This document shows, piece after piece, positions 1 to 9,538 of a stretch of 64,000 bases of DNA. The notes under the pieces are model-generated. The model was given only the letters and a program-made list of their open reading frames with translations, was not told the DNA's origin and searched no databases. How positions within the stretch are numbered: position 1 is the stretch's first letter; each line of letters opens with the position of its first letter. Source of the stretch: Candidatus Latescibacterota bacterium (GTDB lineage Bacteria > Latescibacterota > UBA2968 > GCA-2709665). The stretch spans positions 1,280,001 through 1,344,000 of the forward strand of contig OZ252100.1 in assembly GCA_965248435.1 (NCBI GenBank), read 5' to 3'. A program made the position numbers and the translations under genes.

Positions 1-204
1 CGTTAATTCCTCTTTGAGAATCTGTCTGGAAAAGCGATGGGCTTTGAGGATTTCGATCGCCGACTTGTGGACCAGAGACTCTCCGCAAATGGTCGTAACC
101 ACACCATAATCCCGATACAGGCGACCGATTAATGGGACCATGGATTCAGCTACTTCCTCGCGTCGGGTCCAATCATTGAAATAGGTTTCAGCCTTCTTAT
201 CCAT
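1..204 (-). CDS. gap: Glyceraldehyde-3-phosphate dehydrogenase, long-N-terminus type (5' part only, runs off window)
   Basis: Own translation from ATG at 204: MDKKAETYFNDWTRREEVAESMVPLIGRLYRDYGVVTTICGESLVHKSAIEILKAHRF, matching the N-terminal extension of long-form GAPDH; AGGAG RBS upstream. Confidence 0.75.
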   Translation of the reverse strand, partial: MDKKAETYFNDWTRREEVAESMVPLIGRLYRDYGVVTTICGESLVHKSAIEILKAHRFSRQILKEELT

Positions 205-222
205 GCCCGCGATGACTCCTTT

Positions 223-1257
223 CTACCCCTGCAATGTGAGACCTCGCTCGCTGGGTATACCGATTAAACCCTGTTGGTCAACCTCCCCTTCGCCTTCCTT
301 GATAATATTTCGTGCAGCCATTCTGATGACTTCAGGTCCCGCGTCTGGTCTGACAGCCTGTTCTGTGAGATGACGGCGCCAGGCCCTTGCGCCGGGCATG
401 CCCTGAAACAGACCCATGATGTGCCTCGTCAGCTGAGCAAGGCGGACACCACAACGAAGCTGCCTCTCTACATAAAGCAGGTAAGCCTCCAGGATGCCCT
501 CACGCGTGACTCCGTGTTCTTCTTCGACGCGGATCGCACGATCAAGCTCAGCCAGGATGAACGGGTTCTCATACGCCTGACGGCCGATCATGACCCCATC
601 GACGGACTGAAGGTGTTGGCGGACTTGATCTACTGTCCTGATGCCCCCATTGATGATTATCTCCAACTGAGGAAAATCCCGCTTCAACCGATACACAACT
701 TCATAATTAAGCGGAGGAAGATCTCGATTCTCCTTGGGGCTCAAGCCTTTCAACCAGGCCTTCCTGGCGTGAATAATGAAGACCTGACACCCCGCCGATG
801 CGACGGCTCGCACGAAGGTGACGAGGTCCTCATACCGATCCTGTTCGTCTATCCCGATTCGGGTCTTGACCGTTACCGGAATACCGACGGAGTGGCTCAT
901 GGCTGCCGCACATTCGGCCACGAGGCCGGGCTCCGCCATCAAACAGGCTCCGAATCGAGCGGACTGCACACGCTCGCTCGGACACCCGACATTCAGGTTT
1001 ATCTCGTCGTAGCCATAACCCTGGCCGATCCGGGCACATTCCGCGAGCTCGGTCGCGTTACTGCCTCCAACTTGCAGCGCCACCGGATGTTCCTGCGCGT
1101 CGAATCCCAAAAGTTTCTCTCGATCGCCATTCAGGATCGCTGCAGTTGAAATCATCTCGGAGTAAAGATAGATGCGGGGGGAGATGAGTCTTAAGAAGTA
1201 GCGCTCGTGTCGGTCTGTGCAATTCATCATCGGTGCCACACAGATCAGCCGATCCAC
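223..1257 (-). CDS. dusA: tRNA dihydrouridine(20/20a) synthase
   Basis: VAPMM..TDRH.RYF, EINLNVGCPS.RVQ..FGACLM, HARKAWLKGLSPKENR motifs. Confidence 0.95.
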   Translation of the reverse strand: MDRLICVAPMMNCTDRHERYFLRLISPRIYLYSEMISTAAILNGDREKLLGFDAQEHPVALQVGGSNATELAECARIGQGYGYDEINLNVGCPSERVQSARFGACLMAEPGLVAECAAAMSHSVGIPVTVKTRIGIDEQDRYEDLVTFVRAVASAGCQVFIIHARKAWLKGLSPKENRDLPPLNYEVVYRLKRDFPQLEIIINGGIRTVDQVRQHLQSVDGVMIGRQAYENPFILAELDRAIRVEEEHGVTREGILEAYLLYVERQLRCGVRLAQLTRHIMGLFQGMPGARAWRRHLTEQAVRPDAGPEVIRMAARNIIKEGEGEVDQQGLIGIPSERGLTLQG

Positions 1258-1344
1258 AAGAGCATTCTCCGAAGTCGTTCCAGAGGTGATGAGACGGATC
1301 GGGCGATCCGTCTCATCTCCGACTTCCTTTCAGAAACAAAAGTC

Positions 1345-2493
1345 CTACGCGCTGGAGGTCGGAACCCCCACATCCCCGGCATTGACAATGCTGGGTGCCG
1401 CTTTTGGCGGGTCGTCTTCCAAAAAATCCAGGACGTTGTTAGGATCGTGCCAGGCCGGATAGCCATTCAGGATGCCGCCGACATTGCTGGCGGCGAGGGT
1501 GGCCATCCCTTCCCGGGTCCAATCCGTTGCTGATGCAATATGCGGTACGATCACCACGTTGCTGAGATCACTCAGGCCAGGTTTCATTTCCGGCTCATCT
1601 TCGAACACATCCAACCCTACCCGGAACCGTGGGTGGTCCCGGCAGTGGGCGACAAGATCGGTCTCGTTGATCACCGGTCCCCGGCTCGCATTCACGAGAA
1701 TGGCGTTCTCCTTCATCAACGCGAGCCGCTCTGAGTTCATAAGGTGGTGCGTCGTCTCGTCCAGCACGGGATGCAGGCTGACCACGTCAGCCGTTTTCAG
1801 CACTTCTTCCACACTGTCCGCCCGCCTGCACGACACCGCTTCCTCTCCTCGAGACGTCAACAATGCTGCGTACGCCTCGAGATACTCCTCAAGGGCGCTA
1901 TTCTGGTAAATATCGTAATAGATCAGATTCATCTTGAAGCCTTCGACCATCATGCGCCCATAGGTGGCACCGATTCGGCCGGCTCCGATCACCCCGACGG
2001 TCCTCCCCTTGAGAAGTTCGCCCAGAAAGAGCGAGGGCAGCCAGCCTTTGTAGTTTCCGCCACGCATGAATCGGTCGGCTTCGACGACGCGGCGGGCAGT
2101 AGAAAATGTGAGAGAAACAGCCATTTCGGCCGTCGTATCGGTCAAGACGCCCGGCGTATTCCCCACAGGAATTCCGAGCTTGGTCGCCGCACCTACATCC
2201 ACATTGTTGAAACCGACAGCGTAGTTGCTGTAAGCCTTGCCGCCCGCCGTCTTCAATGCAGAGAAAAGCGGCTCCCCCCAGTCCTCGGTTAGCTGACCGA
2301 TCACTCCGTCGCATTGGTCGCCGATGGCGGCCTTGATTTCATCCTTTGTCAGGATGTCCGTAGAGGTACAGACTTCGGTCTTGCAGCCCGCCTGGGCAAG
2401 GACCTTCAGCCAGCGGTCGCCAGGCAGTTCCTTTGTAACGACGACCCTCTTCCCCCCAGAAGGATTGTGTGTCTTCCACTCATTGGCGCTCAA
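1345..2493 (-). CDS. Hydroxypyruvate reductase / D-glycerate dehydrogenase (plant HPR1-like D-2-hydroxyacid dehydrogenase)
   Basis: GVIGQLTEDWGE, VGNTPGVLT, GAGRIG NAD-binding, SRGPV, LDVFEDEP, PHIAS catalytic motifs; TTG start with GAGGAG RBS. Confidence 0.9.
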   Translation of the reverse strand: MSANEWKTHNPSGGKRVVVTKELPGDRWLKVLAQAGCKTEVCTSTDILTKDEIKAAIGDQCDGVIGQLTEDWGEPLFSALKTAGGKAYSNYAVGFNNVDVGAATKLGIPVGNTPGVLTDTTAEMAVSLTFSTARRVVEADRFMRGGNYKGWLPSLFLGELLKGRTVGVIGAGRIGATYGRMMVEGFKMNLIYYDIYQNSALEEYLEAYAALLTSRGEEAVSCRRADSVEEVLKTADVVSLHPVLDETTHHLMNSERLALMKENAILVNASRGPVINETDLVAHCRDHPRFRVGLDVFEDEPEMKPGLSDLSNVVIVPHIASATDWTREGMATLAASNVGGILNGYPAWHDPNNVLDFLEDDPPKAAPSIVNAGDVGVPTSSA

Positions 2494-2537
2494 AGTCTCT
2501 CCTCCTCGACGTTTCAGGCATCAGCCTCGATGACCGT

Positions 2538-2930
2538 TCAAGAATCTCCCAGGTCTCTTATCGACTTCCGACACTCGGATATCTCTTTAGTGAACTTCAA
2601 TATAGATTGAAAAGTCTGCAGGGACACCGGTTTGGAAAGCACGACATCAGCGGCAGACATAGAATCGGGATCGATATCGCGCGTGTAGGCAGAAATGATC
2701 GCAAGAACGGCGTGAGGACGAAGGCCCCGGATAACCGAAAGGGCATCCAGACCGCTCACGCCTGGCATTCGGACGTCAAGGGTGATGATGTCGTATTCTT
2801 CGATAATGGCCTTGCCGATCGCGTCTTCGCCGCAATTCACAGTATCCACAAGGTCGCATCCGACCATATCAGACGCATCTGACAGGATCTGTGCGGCATC
2901 GTCGTTATCATCTACGATCAACACCTTCAT
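2538..2930 (-). CDS. Single-domain response regulator (receiver only)
   Basis: MKVLIVDD...ITLDVRMPGVSGLD...IISA...SKPV; start re-called at ATG 2930; TTGACC-N17-TACCTT promoter upstream. Confidence 0.85.
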   Translation of the reverse strand: MKVLIVDDNDDAAQILSDASDMVGCDLVDTVNCGEDAIGKAIIEEYDIITLDVRMPGVSGLDALSVIRGLRPHAVLAIISAYTRDIDPDSMSAADVVLSKPVSLQTFQSILKFTKEISECRKSIRDLGDS

Positions 2931-3189
2931 CAGATTCCCCGTTCGTGCAGGATTCGAGCACCGCCGAGGCCCAAGTGTTTTTAAGGTAACGCATTTAGAA
3001 CAGGGGGTCAAGCGGAAATCGGGACATTTAGGGCGTCGAAAACGGCGGGGAATCAACCATAGGATGCGTCGCGAGCGATACTAAGAAAGCTCTTCGTCGA
3101 ATGCTGGTGTTAGGTAACAAGCTCTATCATTAAAAACACGCCAACCTGGCAGCCGTCTTGAAGCTAGCGAGATACATCGGTCAATTCCG

Positions 3190-3564
3190 TCAGGGCCGCG
3201 GTGTGCGACTCCCTTGCAACCCCCTGATGAACGTATCTCGTATCTCGTGAAACGTATCTCGTCAGAGCTATACCGTAGTTCAAAAAGACGATCAGGAAAA
3301 TACAACACGAATTCTGCGAAATTCAGGAACCGGCTGGATCACGGGCCCGCGAGATACCAGTTACGAGAGGGCCGCCGGAGGGAAAAGGCCGTCGTTCGTC
3401 GATCGTCTCAGGTCGTGTCCTGTAGGACACGACCGACTCGTCGTTCGCAAGCCCTCGAATGCGAATCCCCCGTTCAGGGGTTCGCCAGCAGGAGCTGGCT
3501 CCTACCGGATATATTTTCCGATTGAAGATCGCTTGAAACCATCAGGGCCGCGGTGTGCGACTCC
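3190..3564. repeat. 23-bp direct repeat TCAGGGCCGCGGTGTGCGACTCC (3190-3212 and 3542-3564), imperfect palindrome
   Basis: Two identical copies, each followed by ..TGCAACC. Confidence 0.85.
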
Positions 3565-4140
3565 GATGCAACCAGCCCATTTCTCCTCCCAGCGGTTTGG
3601 TTCCTCAGTGATCGCGAGCGCGTTGTGAGGACTTGGCCTTCCTGCCTTGGACTGTTTATGCCACTGAGGGTGAGGTGCCGCGGCCGGAGCCTCCCCGGCG
3701 CCTGAGGGGAGCCCTTCTTTTGTCCTCGGGCGCGGCACTAGCCGCGCCCCTGCGGCGAAATCTTGGAGTGTAGGGGCACAGCCGCGCTGTGCCCCAGGGT
3801 GGCGGTTGCGGTAGGCCTTTTCTTGTGGCGAGACAAGAAAAGTAGGTCGCCGAAGGCATGATGTTGTGAAGTTCGCGATATTACCCACCCCGCCCCCCTG
3901 CTTAAATCATGCAGGGGCAGGCCTTCGGGGCACCCCGGAAAGCATCTGATTCGAATACTAAAGCGCCCTCCTTGGGAGCGAACTAGGGGTGGGTCTGATG
4001 GGCAGAAACGAGATTGTGACCCACCCCGACCCGGGAGGGGACTTGCAATCCTCTCTTGATATGCCCCTTGAATATGAAAACCCTATTCAGGGTTTCGCCA
4101 GCAGGAGCTGGCTCCTACCACATTTATTTTCTAATTCGGA
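3451..4140 (-). repeat. Two copies (~3451-3528 and ~4064-4140) of a ~75-bp element with REP core GTAGGAGCCAGC-TCCT-GCTGGCGAA
   Basis: Core TTCGCCAGCAGGAGCTGGCTCCTAC identical at 3481-3505 and 4094-4118; flanks diverged but alignable; GTAG foot plus hairpin is the REP architecture. Confidence 0.8.
3728..3795. repeat. Inverted pair of GTAG-type REP palindromes (REPIN/BIME-like)
   Basis: GTAGGGGCACAGC-CGC-GCTGTGCCCC at 3770-3795 (+) and GCAGGGGCGCGGC-TAGT-GCCGCGCCC at 3753-3728 (-). Confidence 0.7.
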
Positions 4141-4368
4141 AAGCACGCCCTTTTGCCTTTCATTCCGCAATCCCAAATCCGCAATCGTGCGGCCGGACGT
4201 GTGCCACGGGCAGCTCAGCAGGCCGTTTGATCAGTTCTTCATTGTGTTACACGGGCGGCTCGCCTGCCCGTGGAGAGTTTATGACCCTGTGAATCTCTAA
4301 ACACCTCCATCACTGCCCACCGGCAGCAAGCTGCCGGTGCCACAAAATCTACTTCCGTCCTGCAATAC

Positions 4369-4408
4369 AAAAAAGGACGTCAGCCCGATGGGTCTCGAGC
4401 TGACGTCC
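4369..4408 (-). terminator. Intrinsic terminator after the IOR gene
   Basis: GGACGTCAGC / GCTGACGTCC stem followed by a T run on the minus strand. Confidence 0.75.
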
Positions 4409-4479
4409 GGTAACACAGTAGTGATGCCGAATCACTGATGTATCGATCGGCATCCAGGTCTGCAATCTTTAGGCAATAG

Positions 4480-7400
4480 TCAAGCAGGCTGCCCGACCGG
4501 CTCGATGGCCAGATAGGCATCGATCGGAGAAGGTTCTCCCTCCCCATTCAAAAGAAACTCGGCCATCCGGCAGGCAGCGTCCATCTTGGGCCAAATCACC
4601 TCTCGGTAACCGCGGACCTCCTCAGGCAGTCGCAAGACGCGCACATAGGTCCCGTATCGCTCCTCATCATCGTATTCGAACTGATCGATAAGACCGGTGT
4701 ACCAGTCTCGGAACGCCTTTTCCTCCTTGTGCCAGGAGGGGAGAAGCGTACGAATGACTCCCATTTTGCGCATGATCTTCAACATCCACGGGCGGGTCCT
4801 AACGTCGAACGTAATGTCGAGTCCGGCAACGCGGAAATGGGGCCGAGTCAAATGCCGGTACGAGACACTGTCGCCGCGTTCCGGGTCTATGTTATAATGT
4901 ATATAGTCACGACGACGCTTTTCCTCACTCGTCAACAGATGGGCCACATAGATCTCATCTTTGTAGGCCATCACCCTTGCCAGATATCGGACGACCGCCT
5001 CAGTGGCTTCGTAGCCATATTCACGCCGATCCTTGTTGTAGATTTGCCACACTCTCCCTACGTATGAGCGCGCATACTCCAGCCCACCCCACTGGATCAC
5101 ATCATAGGCCCCAAGCGCAAACTGCACCTTCGTTTCCTCGCTCAAATCCATCTCTTCGGCCATGTCCACGAGTTCACGATAGGCCTCAGCCACCTTTTGC
5201 CCCTTCGACCGCCTGAGGATCCGTGTTTTATCTTCGGCGAAGTTGCCGAACGTCTCCAGAGTCGGTTCCGCTTGCTTCTCGAACGCACCCTGATCGACCG
5301 CGAGCTTTCTCCCGATGTCGAACGCCTTCAGGTTTGCATCCATATCCCGCCGAATGTTGTGTTTCATGGCCCAGTGGATGTTCTCAAGGTCGATCGGAAG
5401 CGCCCCCTTTTGGTACGCAATCCCCAATATAATGCTGTTGGCATAGATCTTATTGCCCAGGTAGCGCTCAGAAATCTCGCTCACATTCACGGACAAGTAG
5501 CGATCAGCATTTGTATACCGCTTCAGCACCCTCTGCATTTCCTCGATGTCGAACTCGTCTTTTCCGGTCAGGCTCATCGTGGTCTCACGCCTGCTCGTTT
5601 CCACTACGGCAGTCGTGTGCTCTGGACTGGCGATCTTACCCAACTCACCGGGACTGAGCCCCCTTACCGCCTCGAGGATGTCGAGACCCAGCAGGAGATC
5701 GGCGTGACCATACGGCGTCAGCTGAGAAATCGTGCGGTCCCCTTTGGCGAAGCTGATGTGAGAATAGACCGCTCCGTTCCGAATGGCCAGCCCCTTCTTG
5801 TTCGTGAATCGAACCGTGTAGCCCTGCTTCGCCCCGGCAACGGAAAGAATGGCAGACACCGTATTGATGCCCATCCCCCCAACACCAGCGACATAGGCAT
5901 ACCACGCCTTATCGAAGCTTCGAACCTCGGGCTCAGGAAGATTCGAAAGATCGATTCGTTCGGTGAATACTTCCGGTACTCGCCTTCGCCTGATCGTTAT
6001 CTCCTCGAAGGAAGGGCAGGTCTTGTCGCCATCAGCAACCGTAACCTTGGTGCACGCGCCATCGGAAACGCACAGCGAGTAATCCGTGACGATTTTCGGG
6101 CCCCGGAGCGTTTGTTCCACAGTCAGGCCGCTGCAGCCGGTTGCCCGGGTACACTCGAGACAGTATTCGCACACGTCGGGGGTGACGTTGATCCGAACCT
6201 CTTTCGGGAGGTAGCCCTTCTCTTTGACGATTCCGGCCTCTTCCGCCCTCGCGCGCCGATGGTAAGTAATTCCGCATTCCTTGTCCGCAATGATGATCTT
6301 GACCCCATCCTTCAGAAGGGTCTCCTCCACCCTCCTTCGATAGGTCTTTCTATCGGCGGGGTTCATCCTGACAACGACGGTCGACCGGGGCCCTTTCGAC
6401 CTGACCATGCCCCTCACGACCTGCTCGATATCCTGAGCGAACGTCGGCCGACCCATAATATCTGTATCTACACCCGGGGTCGGTTGATGTCCGGTCATCG
6501 CCGTGGTCTTGTTGTCCAGGATCACGTATGTGATGTCCTGTCCGTTCTTGATCGAGTCTGAAATTGCGGCCATGCCGCTGTGAAAAAAGGTGGAATCTCC
6601 CATGAAGACCAACTGCTTGTTCGTGATGAAGGGGTCGATGCCGGCCCCCGTGCCGCCACCCAGCCCCATCCCGGAAAGATTATGAATCAGGCGATCGAAA
6701 GGTTCGTACTTGAGTAAGGTGTAACAACCGATATCGCCGTGGAACACCAGATCCACCGGATGGCTTCCGTGCTCACTTTGCATATACGTCTCGTCCATGA
6801 AATCGTCTACGACCCGATTCAACACACTTGCCGAATCCCGGTGTGGGCATCCTGGACAGAACGAGGGCGTTCGGACCGCCGCCCGAACGTCATATCGATC
6901 GGTCCGTTCGATCAGCGCAACCTCATCACTGATGAGTTCTCGGTCTATATCCACTTCTGGATCATCACCCTCCAGAAACAGCGGCGCGAGGCGTTGGAGC
7001 AGGATGGATGGGTTGAGGCCGCGATCACTGGGTAATCCCTCTCTGTCCCGTGAGAAACGTTTGCCCCACACACGATACGGCCCGATCTCCCCAGCCTGAT
7101 ACATCTCCTGCAAGGCGGACGTGATCTGCTCCTCCAGAAAAGGTCGCTTCTCCTCGACCACGATCAGTTCCTCAACCTGGTCCGCGAACGCCCTCAAGAC
7201 CTCTCGATCCAAGGGATACGTGACACCATATTTCAGGATGGGTACCTGACCTTCCAGTCCCAGCAGGCTCAAGACGTGTTCCAGATAACAGTAGGCCAGG
7301 CTGCTCGTCACAAAACCGATCCGCCTTCTTCCGGAAGAGGGCGGATAGAGAATCCGATTCACACCGAATTCGCGAGCGTTCTGCAGCAGCCGGGGAAACC

Positions 7401-8094
7401 GGGTGTGTAAGACCTCGGATTCCTTACGCGCTGTGTGAGGGGGGATGATCACACGATCGTCGACCGGGATCGAGCGGGTATCCATCTCCAGAGGGTGGTT
7501 CGTCGTCAGCATCGGGTAGCGATTCGGCCGAAGGCTTACGGTCCCGCCTCCGTCCGCCTGGTTGGAAGTAACCAGGTAGGCGATAAAGAGTCTGCTCTTC
7601 TCCGAAAGATCGAACGCCACCCCGATCCAGTCCTTGATTTCCTGAAACGTACTCGGCTCCAGGATCGGCATGTAGAGATGTTTTGCGATAAACCTTGAAT
7701 CCGCCGGGACCTGCGTCCCTTCGGACCAGGTATCATCCCCGAACACGGCCACCGCCGCCCCGCCAGGCCCCGTTCCTGCCATGTTTCCCAGCGCCAGCGC
7801 ATCGGAGGCAACGTGAACGCCAACGCTCTTCATGACGGCCATGGCTCGAATGGATTCCATCTGGGAGCCGTTCAATCGCGCAGCGCCAAGGGCTTCATTG
7901 TTGGCGATCTGGACGACGATGCCTTTTTCCAGCAGCAGGTCTTTGATGCGCTCTGCAGCGTCGAACACCTCGGCCACCGGAGAGCCAGGGTATCCCGTCA
8001 GCAGGCCGATTCCGCTTTCCAGTCCGCCTTTGACAAGAAGCTCGTTGCCCGTAAAGATCCCGGACCCTTCCTCCTGCAGAAATCGACGATCCAT
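4480..8094 (-). CDS. Indolepyruvate:ferredoxin oxidoreductase family protein, fused alpha/beta with C-terminal DUF6537
   Basis: TGYPGSP, PSFCPGCPH, GDIGC, GDSTFFHSG and N..TAMTGHQ TPP motifs, ferredoxin Cys cluster, GVGGMG beta domain, MAYKDE.YVA. Confidence 0.9.
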   Translation of the reverse strand: MDRRFLQEEGSGIFTGNELLVKGGLESGIGLLTGYPGSPVAEVFDAAERIKDLLLEKGIVVQIANNEALGAARLNGSQMESIRAMAVMKSVGVHVASDALALGNMAGTGPGGAAVAVFGDDTWSEGTQVPADSRFIAKHLYMPILEPSTFQEIKDWIGVAFDLSEKSRLFIAYLVTSNQADGGGTVSLRPNRYPMLTTNHPLEMDTRSIPVDDRVIIPPHTARKESEVLHTRFPRLLQNAREFGVNRILYPPSSGRRRIGFVTSSLAYCYLEHVLSLLGLEGQVPILKYGVTYPLDREVLRAFADQVEELIVVEEKRPFLEEQITSALQEMYQAGEIGPYRVWGKRFSRDREGLPSDRGLNPSILLQRLAPLFLEGDDPEVDIDRELISDEVALIERTDRYDVRAAVRTPSFCPGCPHRDSASVLNRVVDDFMDETYMQSEHGSHPVDLVFHGDIGCYTLLKYEPFDRLIHNLSGMGLGGGTGAGIDPFITNKQLVFMGDSTFFHSGMAAISDSIKNGQDITYVILDNKTTAMTGHQPTPGVDTDIMGRPTFAQDIEQVVRGMVRSKGPRSTVVVRMNPADRKTYRRRVEETLLKDGVKIIIADKECGITYHRRARAEEAGIVKEKGYLPKEVRINVTPDVCEYCLECTRATGCSGLTVEQTLRGPKIVTDYSLCVSDGACTKVTVADGDKTCPSFEEITIRRRRVPEVFTERIDLSNLPEPEVRSFDKAWYAYVAGVGGMGINTVSAILSVAGAKQGYTVRFTNKKGLAIRNGAVYSHISFAKGDRTISQLTPYGHADLLLGLDILEAVRGLSPGELGKIASPEHTTAVVETSRRETTMSLTGKDEFDIEEMQRVLKRYTNADRYLSVNVSEISERYLGNKIYANSIILGIAYQKGALPIDLENIHWAMKHNIRRDMDANLKAFDIGRKLAVDQGAFEKQAEPTLETFGNFAEDKTRILRRSKGQKVAEAYRELVDMAEEMDLSEETKVQFALGAYDVIQWGGLEYARSYVGRVWQIYNKDRREYGYEATEAVVRYLARVMAYKDEIYVAHLLTSEEKRRRDYIHYNIDPERGDSVSYRHLTRPHFRVAGLDITFDVRTRPWMLKIMRKMGVIRTLLPSWHKEEKAFRDWYTGLIDQFEYDDEERYGTYVRVLRLPEEVRGYREVIWPKMDAACRMAEFLLNGEGEPSPIDAYLAIEPVGQPA

Positions 8095-9510
8095 CTATCT
8101 GGGTCTCCTTCGTCCCCTTAGGACCGGCACCGGCGGCTCCCAAACTTCGTTCCAGTGAGGATTATGCACCTCTCCTGGATAGGTCGAATGGACGAGCTCG
8201 AAAACGCCGAGACCTCGTTGATCCCGAAAGACGAATTCGTTTCGCCCCTTTTTCTCTAAAGTCCAGATCTCATAGGGCTTCTGCCCCGAGGCGGAGGTAC
8301 CGTACTGGATATCATCCGGTGGTCCGTATTTGATGTAGACCCTTCCCTTGTCTGTATCGGAGCCCCGCTTGCCGTGCCCTCCGAAAAAATGGTCCTCGGC
8401 GTGCCGCATCCGCCTTATGTGTCCGATCAATCGTTCGTTTGTGGGCGTATCCGGTGTCGGATCCAGGTTTTTCCAGAAGGCTTTGAGAAACTTCATCTTA
8501 GAATTCTGGCTGACCAGATTCTTGTAAATCTTCATATCTTCTCCCTGCGCGACATACCGAACATCCATGTAGTGTCTGATCATGCGTTGTTCGGTCTCCT
8601 TCTGCTCATCCGTCACTTCGACATCACCTGCGGCCAAAAAGACCATCCTGCGGCTTCTCACGTGTTGCCTGCTTCGTCGGTCGAAGATCTCAACCTGCAG
8701 GTAGTAGTCCCCCGCCTCCACACCCTCCGTACTGAGTGTTTCAGTCTTGACAAGACTCTGCCCTGGTTTGATCAAGCGCTTGGCAGGATAGTTCTTGACG
8801 GAGTTCCCGCTGGAGTCGGCCAGACTGTAGCCCAGAATCACCGAGTCGTCTTCAAGATCCGGGTCGAATTGCAGGCTGTAGATTTCAAAATAGAACCGCA
8901 GAGGATTTCCAGCCAGATAGCTGCGTCTGGCATTTGGAATCACTCGCCATCCGTGTCTGATGAATCTTCCGACGCCTTCGGCTTGTTCCACCTCGAGCGC
9001 CATTAGAATATCGCTCGTTACCAGCGTTTCCACATCGAAGGCCTTCACGCTCAGGGGCCCGTCGCAGGTTCCCTGCTTATCTCCAAATATGTCCTCGATC
9101 GTGACATTGAACCTGTAGGCACCTGGAGACATCTTGAACCCAATGACGTCTCTAAAAGGTGCGCTGGCTTCTTGGACGTCCTCCATTGTTTCCAGAGAGA
9201 CGTTTCGTGTCCACACCTCGGATTCGATCTGCGTGCCATTGGAATCCTCGATGGCCACAGAGATGTCCATCTGAGCGACGTGAACCTCTCCTTCGGGTAC
9301 AAACTGAAGGTGTTTGACGTCGATCAAGATGTAAACTTCCTGCATCGTATATCCCTTGGAATCTCGAAATCCCGCATTGTCCACAAAAAATCGAAGCTCT
9401 CCGCGGCTCGCCAAAGGAAGGTCACGATGCGCGATCGCGGCCCGTCCGGTTTCTAACAGTGACGCAGACACCACTACAACTAGAAGAATAATCATGACCG
9501 TCTTGTTCAT
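8095..9510 (-). CDS. GWxTD-domain secreted protein
   Basis: Signal peptide from MNKTVM (ATG 9510); FW..LDPTPDTP.NE...R...A...F..G..TDKGRVYIKYGPPD. Confidence 0.8.
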   Translation of the reverse strand: MNKTVMIILLVVVVSASLLETGRAAIAHRDLPLASRGELRFFVDNAGFRDSKGYTMQEVYILIDVKHLQFVPEGEVHVAQMDISVAIEDSNGTQIESEVWTRNVSLETMEDVQEASAPFRDVIGFKMSPGAYRFNVTIEDIFGDKQGTCDGPLSVKAFDVETLVTSDILMALEVEQAEGVGRFIRHGWRVIPNARRSYLAGNPLRFYFEIYSLQFDPDLEDDSVILGYSLADSSGNSVKNYPAKRLIKPGQSLVKTETLSTEGVEAGDYYLQVEIFDRRSRQHVRSRRMVFLAAGDVEVTDEQKETEQRMIRHYMDVRYVAQGEDMKIYKNLVSQNSKMKFLKAFWKNLDPTPDTPTNERLIGHIRRMRHAEDHFFGGHGKRGSDTDKGRVYIKYGPPDDIQYGTSASGQKPYEIWTLEKKGRNEFVFRDQRGLGVFELVHSTYPGEVHNPHWNEVWEPPVPVLRGRRRPR

Positions 9511-9538
9511 CGCATCCCTCCAGTCAGCCCCCGCAAAG

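Noticed and set aside
3190-4140. CRISPR array
   Set aside because: Repeats come in different families with two copies each and irregular spacing of hundreds of bp; no cas genes are present.
3081-4300. Short ORFs in the repeat region (e.g. 3214..3525, 3502..3888, 3989..4300)
   Set aside because: They are translations of palindromic repeats, with no RBS or recognisable domain.
5197-6561. 454-aa plus-strand ORF and similar long antisense ORFs (274..1149, 59148..60296, 50345..51196)
   Set aside because: Shadow frames opposite well-supported genes, expected in GC-rich coding DNA.
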